From contig OX597839.1 in the NCBI GenBank assembly GCA_951406725.2, positions 7,626,001-7,690,000 of the forward strand: a DNA stretch of 64,000 nucleotides. The letters run 5' to 3'. The notes under the pieces are model-generated. The model was given only the letters and a program-made list of their open reading frames with translations. It did not search any database and was not told where the DNA came from. The DNA is from Octopus vulgaris (Eukaryota). How positions within the stretch are numbered: the first letter of the stretch is position 1; each line of letters opens with the position of its first letter. Positions 14,327 to 26,747 of the stretch are shown piece by piece. The position numbers were made by a program, and so were the translations under genes.

Positions 14327-14748
14327 GAATCCTTTCGGTTTGAACGGCAGTTTTTAAAAATAATTTCCACGTAACTAAACACTTTTAAACTTCGTATACT
14401 GGTAGAATGTGTTTATAAAACATCTTTTTCTCTTGGCTTTATTGAGAAAATTCTATAATTTGTAAGATATTTGTTGTCTTTTTTCTTCAATTTCTGAAAT
14501 TTCAACCAATCAATGACGTCTATTGAGGTGAAAACATTCTGTGCCGTATGAATATGTCCCTCGTTTAAGAAACAGATTGGGTTTATTTACATTTGTGAAG
14601 AAAAAAAGATACCCTTCACCCCACTCCTAACCCTAACCCTAACCCTAAAACACATTGAAATGCAATAGATCGATACTAGGGTCATAATTATGGGTGACAA
14701 TTTCATATGACACCGCTAGAAAAACTGCCGTTCAAACCGAAAAGATTC
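14327..14748. mobile_element. MITE with about 29-bp TIRs and 8-bp TSD (Merlin-like ends)
   Basis: TIRs gaatcctttcggtttgaacggcagttttt / aaaaactgccgttcaaaccgaaaagattc; TSD gagaagct at 14319-14326 and 14749-14756. Confidence 0.9.
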
Positions 14749-14927
14749 GAGAAGCTTCATTCCCAAATTACATTGTTCTGGGTTCAGTCCCACTATGTGG
14801 CGCCTTGGGCAAGTGTCTTGTACTTGCTAGACGGAAACTAAAAGAAGCCCGTCGAATATATGTATATGTATGTATCTATGCGTATGTCTTTGGATCTGTC
14901 TTTGTCCCCCACCCACCACCACCACTG

Positions 14928-15237
14928 TGGAGGCACATGGCCTAGTGGTTAGAGCAGTGGACTCGCGGTCGAGGGATCACAGGTTCGAATCTCAGACCGG
15001 GCGATGTGTGTGTTTATGAACGAAAACACCTAAGCTCCACGCGGCTCCGCCAGAAGGTAATGGCGAACTTCTGCTGACTCTTTCGCCACAACTTTCTCTC
15101 ACTCTTTCCTCCTGCATCTTGCAGCTCACCTGCGACGGACCGGCGTCCCGTCCAGGTGGGGAACCTATACGCTAAGAAACCGGGAAACCGGCCCTTAGGA
15201 GCCAGGCATGGCTCGAGAAGGAACAAACAAAAAAAAA
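14928..15237 (+). mobile_element. SINE-C type 2 (tRNA-Arg-like head; resembles octopus OR1/OR2)
   Basis: ggaggcacatggcctagtggttagagcagtggactcgcggtc..ggttcgaatctc contains A/B boxes; A-rich tail; TSD caccaccactg. Confidence 0.85.
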
Positions 15238-15926
15238 CACCACCACTGCTTCACAATTGATGCTGGTGTGTTTACGTCCCTGTTACTTAGCCGTTCGGCA
15301 AAGAGAAGCCGATACAATAAATGCCAGACTTAAAAATAAATCCTGGGGTAGATTTGTTCGACTACAACCCTTCAGGGTGGTGCCTCGGCATATTCGCAAC
15401 TAAATGACTGAAACAAGTAAAAGATATGTTTCTTTATTAGCCACACAGGGCTGCACACAGACAGAACAAATTACAAGGTAGAGCTTTTCTTTTGGGGGGT
15501 AAAAAAAAGGGGGTTGGTTTTCGATCAAAAGGGATCGTAAAAGGAAAGAAAGAGGACAAAAGAAAGAGGAGGATTTTTTAAAAAAAGTGGGGGGAGAAAA
15601 GGGGAGAGGAAAAAAAAAAGTTGATCAATATAAAAAGTATCCTCAGAAATCAGGCATTTTTGAGAAAACAGGTTCTGATTATCAGCAGAAAGAATGGAAA
15701 CATGAACCTCAGAGTACTGAGAAGTTAATGTTTATCTGTTAAAATACGCAATGAGCATTGCAATGTACGAGTATCACTCCTTGCATACTCAACAGAAAGT
15801 AATAAATCTCCCTTTGTAAAAATCGAACGCTTCATGAAGAAATACAAATATGGCTGATAACACTGTGTAACGTGATTTTTGTCCTTGAGTAGCAACTGCT
15901 CTTTGTTATTTGTTTATACAAAGAAA

Positions 15927-16344
15927 GGATCTTTTCGGTTTGAACGGCAGTTTTTTCTAGCGGTGTCATATGAAATTGTCGCCCATAATTATGACCCTAG
16001 TATCGATCTATTGCATTTCAATCTGTTTTAGGGCTAGAGTTAGGGGTGGAGGGAAGGTATCGTTTTTTCTTCAGAAATATAAATAAACCCTTTCTGTTTC
16101 TTAAACGAGGGACATATTCATACGGCACAGAATGTTTACCCCTCAATAGACGATCATTGATTGGTTGAAATTGCAGAAATTGAAGAAAAAAAACAACAAA
16201 TATCTTACAAACTATAGAATTTTCTCAATAAAGCCAAGAGAAAAAGATGTTTTATAAACACATTGTGCCAGTATACGATATTTAAAAGTGTTTAGTTACG
16301 TGGAAACTTATTTTAAAAAACCGCCGGTCAAACCGAAAAGATCC
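15927..16344. mobile_element. Second copy of the same MITE, opposite orientation
   Basis: TIR ggatcttttcggtttgaacggcagttttt .. tcaaaccgaaaagatcc; own TSD caaagaaa at 15919-15926 and 16345-16352. Confidence 0.9.
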
Positions 16345-16479
16345 CAAAGAAAGTATGACAAATGGTTATTATTTTCTTTAAACTTTGCTTTTGTTACGAT
16401 ATTTATTCAAGCCACAAAGAATCGCAAGATAAGAAGACCAAGGAAGATGAGCAGAAGGAGGGTGTTGTTGTTGTTGTTG

Positions 16480-16513
<34 letters not shown>

Positions 16514-16574
16514 CGTGATAAGGGGACAATGATGATGCTGAAGAAAAAGAAGAGTGAGGTGGCAGAGAAAAATA

Positions 16575-16613
<39 letters not shown>

Positions 16614-16641
16614 CAGCAGCAGCAGCAGCAGCAGTAGTAAC

Positions 16642-16686
<45 letters not shown>

Positions 16687-16732
16687 GGTGGTGGTGGTTA
16701 TAGTGGCGGTGGTGGTTATAGTGGCGGTGGTG

Positions 16733-16799
<67 letters not shown>

Positions 16800-17279
16800 A
16801 AAAATGAGTGGAAAAAATACCGGAAAGGATGAAGAAAGATAAAAAGGAAAATAAAAATCATCGAAAGAAATGGAAGTAAAGATAGAAAATAGCTCTTCCA
16901 CCCGCTCCCTACACGACCTCCACTCGCAAAAATGAGAAGCAATGCCGGAATGCGAACTAACTACAACGATGTTGTCTGCGATTAAAACGAAAGGCTATAA
17001 TTTTGCTTTGTTTTTCGTTTTGGCTATTCCTTTCGTTCTTCGTTCCAAAGAGTTTTTTTTTTTTTTGTTCTTTTGGAGCCAGACATATTTATGAGTGATT
17101 CGTTTGCTCACCAGGTGGCATAGTCTACAATCTAAGCATCAATACATTTTTTTTTTACTACTAATACTATCGCCACCACCATCAACACCACCACCCCTAC
17201 CACTACAGCTACCACCACCATCACTATTAAAACCACCATCAGCATCACCAACACCAGCACCACCATTACTACTACTACA

Positions 17280-17336
<57 letters not shown>

Positions 17337-17431
17337 GCAACTATTACTACTACTTCTACTAATAGTAATACTACTACTACTTCTGCTAATATTACTACTT
17401 CTACTAATAGTACTACTACTACTGATGGTGG

Positions 17432-17479
<48 letters not shown>

Positions 17480-17643
17480 GGAGGAGGAGGAGGAGGAGGA
17501 GGAGGAGGAGAGGAGGAGAACGATGATGCTACAGCTGCTGATGCCGATACTGATGATGAGGATGATGATGATGAATTTGATGCTACTTTTTCTTCTACTA
17601 CAGCTGCTACTAAGAGTCCCAAAACGATTACAAGTACATCACT

Positions 17644-17700
<57 letters not shown>

Positions 17701-18440
17701 CACTACTACTACTTTGCTCTCCATCCTCTGTCGCCATATTTTAAGTAGTAGCACAGAAAATATCAGAGCCTCAGCGGGGAATCTTTAGTGAGTTAGAAAT
17801 GTTGGGGGCGGTTTTTTTTACTCTTAAGAATTATGAAAACAGTTGGATACTCATTTCTCTTTTAGACCTACTACTACTACTACTACTACTGTTGTATCTA
17901 ACAATAGCTTTCATCAGTTGCCATATTATCAGGAGCGCCAAAAATTATCAAGAACCCAGCGGGGTTTCTTTACCCAAACGAGTTGGGTACACTTCTTTTC
18001 TTCTTTTTGTTTCTATTAAACAAGAATGCAAAACAGAATCTACTACTACTACTACTACTACTACTACAGCTGCTGCTGTTATTGTTGTTGTTGTTGTTGT
18101 TAAGCAACAAGACGGGTAAGGGTGATTAAGGTGATGGTCTAGGGCGTAGGGGCGGGAGACCCCAGACCATGGAAAGAAAAAAAAACTTTGGTCGTCTTAT
18201 TGTAGTCGAGGGCTCTTCGTTGACGCCCGACACCACTGGGAGGTAGCCCTCGAAGTCGCTGGAAATGGAGATCTCCAGGTCTAAATTCTTGAACGGCTGC
18301 TGCTGCTGATGATCCTACAACTAGCACTGGAAGTCCTATGTGGTTATTCGATGTGCAAGGAATAGCAGCTAAATAACCCTGAAAGCACATACTTGTCTTT
18401 TAAGAAATGTAAGGACTCATTGGAGGACGTAGCTCAAAAT

Positions 18441-18850
18441 ATACTGCGGCCTCGAAGAATTTTAGTCAAACGATTCGACACCAATACTTCATGTTTTTTA
18501 ATCATTGTTTTAAGACTGGTACTTATCCTGTCGGTCTCTTAGGCCAAACCGCTTTGTTACGTGGACGTAAACACACCAACACCGGTCCTCAAGTGGTGGT
18601 GGGGGATAAAAATATACGCACGATCATACGCGCACTCACAGGCGCGCATGCACACTCTCACACGCACGCACACGCATGTATGTATATACGATATACGATG
18701 GGCTTCTTTCAGCTTCCGCCCTCCATATTCACCCTCAAGGTTTTGTTCGGTCCAAGATTATAGTAGAACACACTTACCTAAGGTGCCACACAGTGGGACT
18801 GAACTCGGAACCATGTGGTTGGGTAGCAAGTCTCTTACCACACAACCACA
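18441..18850 (-). mobile_element. SINE-A, diverged
   Basis: aaggtgccacacagtgggactgaactcggaaccatgtggtt head reverse complement plus a degraded tail. Confidence 0.75.
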
Positions 18851-19361
18851 CCATAATAGAATTAAAAAATAATGAGCTGTCCCGTGTGCTAAACAACATT
18901 AAAAAAGACAGATAATAAAATGTAGTCCTAGGTAAACGTGTACAGTTGCAAAATTTTAATCTACTTTATAGTTTTCTGATTGTTATATATCATTTTTGTT
19001 TTATTTCAGTCATCGGACTTGGCCATGATGGAGCTCCGCTATGAAGGGCTTCAATAGAACAAATCGAAATTTTTGAGTCTGTCACTTACTCTATCCATCT
19101 CACTTCCCGAACTGTTAAGTTACAAGGGCGTAAACAAACCAACACTGGTTGTCAAGTGGTGTGGTGGGAGGAAAAAAACAGTCACAAGACACAAAGATAT
19201 ATATGGCTGAGGTGGCAACAAGTTTGCTTCCCAAGCACATGACTCTGGTTTCAGTCCCAAGGAGTCCATGGTGCCATGCACCTCAGGCAAGTGTCTTCTA
19301 CTATAGCCCTGAGCTGACCAAAGCATTGTGAGTTCATTTCGTAGATGGAAACTAATGAAGC

Positions 19362-19649
<288 letters not shown>

Positions 19650-19844
19650 CTTTGCCATTCATCAATCGGAGTCGATAAAATAAGTACAGGTTGAGCACGC
19701 ACCCACCCACCCCGAAATCGCTGACCTTGTACTAAAACCTTGCCACAAATATCACTCATCTATTAGCTTCTTCTATTGAATAACACCGTGTCATGCTGAG
19801 AAGTGGGGGTTTTTTGTGTTTATTTTTTTTTTATTTAAAGCAGA

Positions 19845-19935
19845 GCTACATAGAACATTCCTTTCGATATGTTTGTTTTTACATTCCTCGTGTACGGCAG
19901 GTTAAACGCTATTAGATTTCTCGTTTTCTTCTCCT
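19845..19935 (-). pseudogene. Decayed Penelope-like element ORF fragment
   Basis: Translates KKTRNLIAFNLPYTRNVKTNISKGMF, resembling the R-N-I-I-W-F-N-P-P-Y-x2-N-V-K-T-N-I motif I recall from the post-RT region of PLEs. Confidence 0.5.
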
Positions 19936-20144
19936 GGGCATAAGTTTTTGGTTCGGCAGGAACTTGATATCTTCATTTTAGCGACGTCTTCGTTGTACAT
20001 GTGTGTTGAACGGACGGATGTTCCATCTTCATCAGTTTTCTCACACGTTCCTTTACCAATGTTCGTAACCGACATTTATATACTCTTTTACTGTTTTACT
20101 TGATTCAGTCATTTGACTGCGGCCATGCTGGAGCACTGCCTTTT

Positions 20145-20240
20145 AGCCTCCTGGTTTCTCAGACCTAGTCGAACTGTCCAACCCATGCTAGGATCGAAAA
20201 TGGATGTTAAACGATGATGATGATGATGATGATGATGATG
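20145..20240 (+). mobile_element. RTE-type 3' tail ending in (GAT)n
   Basis: tgtccaacccatgctag..aaaatggatgttaaacgatgatgat. Confidence 0.5.
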
Positions 20241-20305
20241 AATGAATATAATAAAAGATTACAGTTTTTTCAATCTTACATTTATTTTGTAAACAAATGA
20301 TACAA

Positions 20306-20715
20306 TACTCTTTACTCTCTTTTACTCTTTTACTTGTTTCAGTTATTTGACTGTGGCCATACTGGAGCACCACCTTTATTCGAGCAAATTGATCCCGGAA
20401 CTTATTCCTTGTAAGCCCAGTACTTATTCAATCGGTCTCTTATGACGAACCGCTAAGTTACGGGGACGTAAACACACCAGCATCGATTGTCAAGCGATGT
20501 TCGGGGGACAAACACAGACACACAAACATACATATATACATAAACATATATACGACAGGCTTCTTTCAGTTTCCGTCTACCAAATCAACTCACAAGGCTT
20601 TGGTCGGCCTGAGACTATAGTAGAAGACACTTGCCCAAGATGCCACGCGGTGGGACTGAACCCGGAACATTTTGGTTGGTAAACAAGCTACTTACCACAC
20701 AGCCACTCCTGCGCC
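20306..20715 (-). mobile_element. SINE-A, full length
   Basis: Same head and tail as the other copies. Confidence 0.9.
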
Positions 20716-20721
20716 TATATA

Positions 20722-21079
20722 TTCTGTTCAATTCTAGGCACAAGGCCCGAAATTTTGTAGGGGAAGGGGGACAGACGATTAGATCTATCCTAATACGCAA
20801 CCTGATACTAAATTTATCGACCTCGAAATGATGAATTTGAACTCAGAACGTAACGCCAGACGAAATACCTATTTCTTTACTACCCACAATGGGCTAAACA
20901 CAGAGAGGACAAACAAGAACAGACAAACGGATTAAGTCGATTATATCGACCCCAGTGTGTAACTGGTACTTAATTTATCGACCCCAAAAGGATGAAAGAC
21001 AAAGTCGGCCTCGGCGGGATTTGAACTCAGAACGTAAGCATATCGCCCGGTGTGCTAACGTTTCTACCAGCTTGCCGTC
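20722..21079 (-). mobile_element. SINE-B tandem dimer
   Basis: Two ttgaactcagaacgtaa units; reverse-complement head gtgctaacgtttctaccagcttgccgtc. Confidence 0.8.
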
Positions 21080-21564
21080 TTCAACTTCCGCTAAATCAAA
21101 GCCACACAAGTTTTTCAATGTTTCAATATATTAAGGGGTTTGTGAATTAAGGCGTCGAGGTCAAGCTGGCTGGCCTTTCTACTATTCGTTTATATGTCTT
21201 TTACAATATGTTTTTCCCATTTTCAAGCATTTTAGACGGGCGGTGACTGGTGTGGTCTTGATGAAGATACCGTCCGATTATCCCAGGGAGTTAATGGGTG
21301 AATGGAACCACTTAGGAGGTCAGATATATTTCCTTTGATAGGCTTGGATTACCAAAGAATCATCTTTCTTTAAGACGGGGTGCCTTCCTTAAAACCGAAA
21401 CGAAAACCCTCAGAAAAAACACTGCACAAATGTCATATACCCACATATGTAAATATCATATGTTTATAGATACCTGAAGGCGTTCATTAAACGCACATCT
21501 TTCCATCTGTCCATCCATCCATATTTATATACACACATATGTACAATCATGTATACAATTTCAT

Positions 21565-21940
21565 GTAAATATACATACATTTATATACATACACATATGT
21601 AAATATACATACATTTATATACATACACATATGTATATATACATACATTTATATACATACACACATATATACATACATTTATATACATACACATATGTAT
21701 ATATACATACATTTATATACATACACACATATATACATACATTTATATACATACACATATGTATATATACATACATTTATATACATACACACATATATAC
21801 ATACATTTATATACATACACATATGTATATATACATACATTTATATACATACACACATATATACATACATTTATATACATGCACATATGTATATACACAT
21901 ACATTTATATACATACACACATATATACATACATTTATGT
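21565..21940. repeat. Minisatellite, 64-bp period (two related subunits of about 30 bp)
   Basis: Identical ORF starts at 21631, 21695 and 21759; the unit is built from atacatacatttatatacatacac. Confidence 0.85.
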
Positions 21941-22149
21941 ATAACATACTTACATTCTTGCATATAAACGTACACTCACACACATATATACATACACACA
22001 CAATACACAGAAACACACACGCATAAAAACTCCCACATAAACATATGCATACATAATTACACACATGCATACACATGCATATATACGTTCATATTTACAT
22101 ATTTGTATACGTACATGCACATACATTCATGCATCTTTCCCTCTTTCCT

Positions 22150-22229
22150 TCCATACGTACATACATACATACATACAAACATACATACATACATACATAC
22201 AAACATACATACATACATACATACATACA

Positions 22230-22260
<31 letters not shown>

Positions 22261-22736
22261 CTATACATTACATATACATACTCATGTAGTTACATAGATA
22301 CTCAGGCATAGATACATACATGTACATATGCAAGCACATGCAAACATACATACATACATACATACATACATACATACATACATACATGGATACATATATA
22401 CATACATACATACGTACATACATACATACATGGATACACATATACATACATACATACAAACATACATACATGGATACATATATACATACATACATATATA
22501 TACATGCATGCATGCATACATACATACATACACACACACATACATGGATACATGCATGGATACATATATACATACATACATACATGGAAACATACATACA
22601 TATATACATACATACATACATGGATACATACATACATACATGCATGCATATATACATATATGCATACATACATACGTACATACATACATATATACATACA
22701 TACATACATCCATCCATCCATCCATACATACATACA

Positions 22737-22772
<36 letters not shown>

Positions 22773-22795
22773 TACATATATGCATGCATACATAC
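22150..22795. repeat. (TACA)n compound microsatellite
   Basis: Direct inspection. Confidence 0.9.
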
Positions 22796-23289
22796 GAAAC
22801 AAGAGCAAGTATTGAAATTACATTTTCTGGTATCATTTAAATGTCATTGGAGAGTGAGAACCCTCAGAGGAACATAAAATAAACAGAGAGAATGATTAAG
22901 GAAGACAGAATCAAACCATCTGTTGTAAGACTGTTGTTATTTCGAAGTCTTTGAGGTGTAGTGAAGAGGTGTGGGAGGAATTATTCTACACTGTGTTGGG
23001 AATGGAGCGAGGCCTTTGCAGTGAACTGGATCGCGAATGTAGACCTAACACAGCGATTGGGTTAACAACTGCAGAATACAGAAAACAACAACATCAACAA
23101 CCACAACAACGACGTACTGACACCATCAATACCACTACTGCCAAAATCTTTACATCTTTCACCACCACCACTACCACTATTACCACCACCACTACCACTA
23201 TTACCGCCATCATCAACATTTTACATATATGATATATGATATAGATATAGACGCACGCATATTATATGTATACATATACATGTGTGTGT

Positions 23290-23678
23290 GGAGGCGCAAT
23301 GGCCCAGTGGTTACGGCAGCGGACCCGCGGTCATAGGATCGCGGTTTCGATTCCCAGACCGGGCGCTGTGAGTGTTTATTGAGCGAAAACACCTAAAGCT
23401 CCACGACGCTCCGGCAGGGGATGGTGGTGATCCCTGCTGTACTCTTTCACCACAACTTTCTCTCACTCTTACTTCCTGTTTCTGTTGTACCTGTATTTCA
23501 AAGGGCCGGCCTTGTCACTCTCTGTGTCACGCTGAATATCCCCGAGAACTACGTTAAGGGTGCACGTGTCTGTGGTGTGCTCAGCCACTTACACGTTAAT
23601 TTCACGAGCAGGCTGTTGATTCGGATCAACCGGAACCATCCTCGTCGTAACCGACGGAGTGCTTCCAAAAAAAAAAAA
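23290..23678 (+). mobile_element. SINE-C type 1 (tRNA-Arg-like; resembles OR1/OR2)
   Basis: ggaggcgcaatggcccagtggtta..ggtttcgattccc head; poly-A tail; near-identical to 31581-31967. Confidence 0.9.
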
Positions 23679-23684
23679 CATACT

Positions 23685-23720
<36 letters not shown>

Positions 23721-23756
23721 CTCTTTTACTCATTGTTATATATATATATATATATA

Positions 23757-24040
23757 CTCTTTTACTCATGTTTCAGTCATTTGACTGTGGCCATGCTGGA
23801 GCACCGCCTTTACACGAACAAATCGACTCCAGGACTTATTCTTTGTAAGCCTAGTACTTATTCTATCGATCTGTTTTGCCGAACCGCTGAGTGAGTGGAA
23901 CGTAAACACACCAGCATCGGTTGTCAAGCTAGGTTGGTGGGACAAACACAGACACACAAACACACACACACACACACATATAATATAAATATATATATAT
24001 ACATATATACGACGGAATTCTTTCAGTTTCTGTCTACCAA
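23757..24040 (-). mobile_element. SINE-A, head truncated
   Basis: Tail and middle are present; runs into (TAA)n. Confidence 0.8.
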
Positions 24041-24149
24041 ATAATAATAACAACAACGACGACGACGACGACGACGACGATGATGATGATGATGATGATG
24101 ATGATGATAATAATAATAATGATAATAATAATAATAATAATAATAATAA

Positions 24150-24211
<62 letters not shown>

Positions 24212-24249
24212 TGATGATGATGATGATGATAATAATAATAATAATAATG

Positions 24250-24280
<31 letters not shown>

Positions 24281-24875
24281 CAATGATAATAAGACTACTA
24301 CTGCAAGTGTTGCAAGTACCAGAAATATTGACCTGCATGCTGTGTCGACTTGCTACAAGTAGCAGCGAAACCTCCTTTAATGTCATATCCTGTTGCTTTA
24401 ATGGAGAAAACATTGCTGTGGTCTTATAATATAATACATCTAAAAGAATAGAGCAGGATGGTCACGGTCGGAATATCATTGACCATAAATCTCTTCAGTT
24501 TGACTGAAACAGTTACAACAACAAAATTAAACAAAATTGTCCTTTTTACTGAAATCTCTACGGGAGCGCAAATGCGACCGGAAGTTTGTAAAACAGTTTT
24601 TCAACTAGCCATGTCAATGGACAGATATGTACACAAGGAGGCCACACACATACACCACACATAAACATACGTGTGTGTGTGTGTGTGTGTGTAAATTATA
24701 TGTATACATGTGTGAGTGTGTATGTATACATATATATATATATATACAGACATATGTGTGTACTATAAATATGTACATTTATGTATATGTCTGTCTTAGT
24801 ACTTATCCATATTGGTTTGTCTATCTAGTTAATTTTCTCCTTTTTCTCTCGCCTTTTCTGTCTCTGTCTCTCTCT

Positions 24876-24953
<78 letters not shown>

Positions 24954-24963
24954 ATAATAGTAG

Positions 24964-25043
<80 letters not shown>

Positions 25044-25070
25044 TAATAATAATAATAATAATAATAATAA

Positions 25071-25572
25071 TGGAATAACAACAGAAAAAAGATGGTATAG
25101 GCACACACCAGAAAAGGTCACAGAAAACGAGAAATCAACCATACTCTGGGATATGCCGATACACACAGATAGAGAAATTAAGGCCAACAGACCAGATATA
25201 GTTGTCAGAGATCATGAAGAAAAAAATGCTTTCTAATTGATGTATCAATACCGACAGATGACAACGTGCCTCTAAAAGAAATGGAGAAACTTTCAAAATA
25301 CAAAGACCTGGAAATAGAGGTAACCAGAATGTGGAATCTAAAAACAGAAACAATTCCTATCATAGTAGGTGCATTAGGCATGATAAAAAAATATTCAGAC
25401 AAATACATAACAAAAACACCAGGACTTACAAACACATATAACATACAGAAAATTGCACTACTAGGCACTGCACACATCCTACGCAGAACACTTTCCAGGA
25501 CACATACCTAAGGCACACAGAGCTGCGCTCGGTAGTGAAGTGAAAGCACGCTATAAAAATAAAACTACTGAA
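25071..25572 (+). mobile_element. 5'-truncated R4/Dong-type retrotransposon 3' end in (TAA)n
   Basis: RWYRHTPEKVTENEKSTILWDMPIHTDREIKANRPDIVV..KYKDLEIEVTRMW..IQKIALLGTAHILRRTL; the 3' end aaaactactgaa joins (TAA)n. Confidence 0.88.
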
Positions 25573-25587
25573 TAATAATAATAATAA

Positions 25588-25900
25588 ATACCCTGATACA
25601 GTATCAGACAGTGGCTCTCATGGCTTCTGGTCTTAACTGATTGGAAGTGTTATTATGTACATTGTTTTGTCTTGGTATAAAAGATGGGCTAAAGCAAATA
25701 TTCTGCTCAATACCACAGATTTGCTTGTCAGTTGTTTGACCTTAACCAGTTGAGCACGTCCCTTAGTGGCTGACGATATGTGCATCTCTGATCACGAGCA
25801 GAAGTAGTGGGGGAGCATCATGGCCGTGTGTTGAAAGGGGTTGTTGGAGGTTTGGATATTTCGCCTTTGGGATCATGGGTGTTTCGTTCAACACCCTTAA
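25588..25900. mobile_element. Unclassified interspersed repeat (same family as 1238-1703)
   Basis: Shared sequence with 1238-1320 and 1621-1703. Confidence 0.6.
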
Positions 25901-26161
25901 ACTATAGCTTCATCGGAGCCTTGAATATGAAGTGTGATGCCATCCCAGTTTCTTCTTATGCTTCGTTCTGACATATACGTATATTGAGTTCTACACCAGA
26001 TTATTAATCTTACACTGTGTAAGCGAATTATAAATATTTATAGTCAATGCGAGGCTACTTTATCCTCATAGGGGATTATTATATCCGAAATTTCACTGGA
26101 TTAATCACCAACGCCGTTGAGGAATATCAACGATATATATATGGGATTATTTTAAGGATAA

Positions 26162-26738
26162 ATATGATTAAAGAAGAATGGAGAGTTGGTAAATATATAA
26201 AATTAATTTATAAATATATTGCCTCCAAAAATGTCCTACGTACGTTTCATTTCAGTCCAATATATAATTTGCAATTATATATTGAGTGGTTGTATAATGT
26301 CAACATAACGTGAAAATCCCGTAAAGGGAATTACCCCACCGCTATATAGCCCTAGAAAGCATCGACGCTTCCTGTCGGCTTTGACACATTTCCTGTGCCC
26401 TTATATTTGCAAAGGGGAGGCAAGCATCCCCACCAGCTAGGACTAGCAACCTGAAGACATGCATGTTTCTGGGTCTTGCCCGTCATCAGTCCAGGGTAGC
26501 GAGCCCTGCTAGATGGGATGCCTGCCAAGCCTCTGCAAATATATATATTTACAGTGAAATCTTGTCACTCTATCGGTCCACCACCGCTCATGTCCTTTTG
26601 AGACGTTTAGAAATTCAATATTTCTAATTATATATTGGACTGAATTAAAATGTACGTAGGCCATTTTTTTTGGCAGTATGTTAATAAATTAAATTTATAT
26701 CCTTACCAATTATCCATTCTTCTACTTTAATCATATAT
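26162..26738 (-). mobile_element. Hammerhead-bearing non-autonomous element (family H1) with about 120-bp imperfect inverted outer arms
   Basis: 26162-26284 is an imperfect inverted copy of 26617-26738; the interior is homologous to 52272-52949 (caccgcta/gtatagccctag.aagcatcga..ggctttgacacattt). Confidence 0.8.
26450..26495 (-). ncRNA. Type I hammerhead ribozyme
   Basis: Sense CCUGGA-CUGAUGA-cGGG caaga CCCa-GAAA-CAUGCAUG-UC-UUCAGG: canonical core, 6-bp stem I, palindromic stem III (ACAUGCAUGU), GUC site; C-A mismatch at the base of stem II. Confidence 0.8.
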
Positions 26739-26747
26739 ATACATATA

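Larger units (their letters stand above)
14297..15423 (+). mobile_element. Old SINE-A interrupted by a MITE (14327-14748) and a SINE-C (14928-15237)
   Basis: Head ggcgcaagcgtaactgtctggtgagaagc resumes after the MITE; tail tgactgaaacaagtaaaaga at about 15405-15423. Confidence 0.75.

Noticed and set aside
14626-14647. (CCCTAA)n as a telomere or chromosome-fusion scar
   Set aside because: Only 3-4 units, inside a MITE.
14327-16344. The two MITEs as ends of one 2-kb composite transposon
   Set aside because: Each has its own different 8-bp TSD, so they are independent insertions.
20008-20036. Minus-strand CUGAUGA-A-GAUG gaa CAUC
   Set aside because: Not followed by GAAA or a stem III/NUH site.
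25876-25920. Minus-strand CCGAUGA ... GAAAC resembling a hammerhead
   Set aside because: No stem II or stem I pairing; it spans the edge of an unrelated repeat.
26057-26104. GGAU/AUCC stem followed by GAAA with a flanking atcc/ggat pairing
   Set aside because: The CUGANGA box is not recognisable; at best a dead relic.
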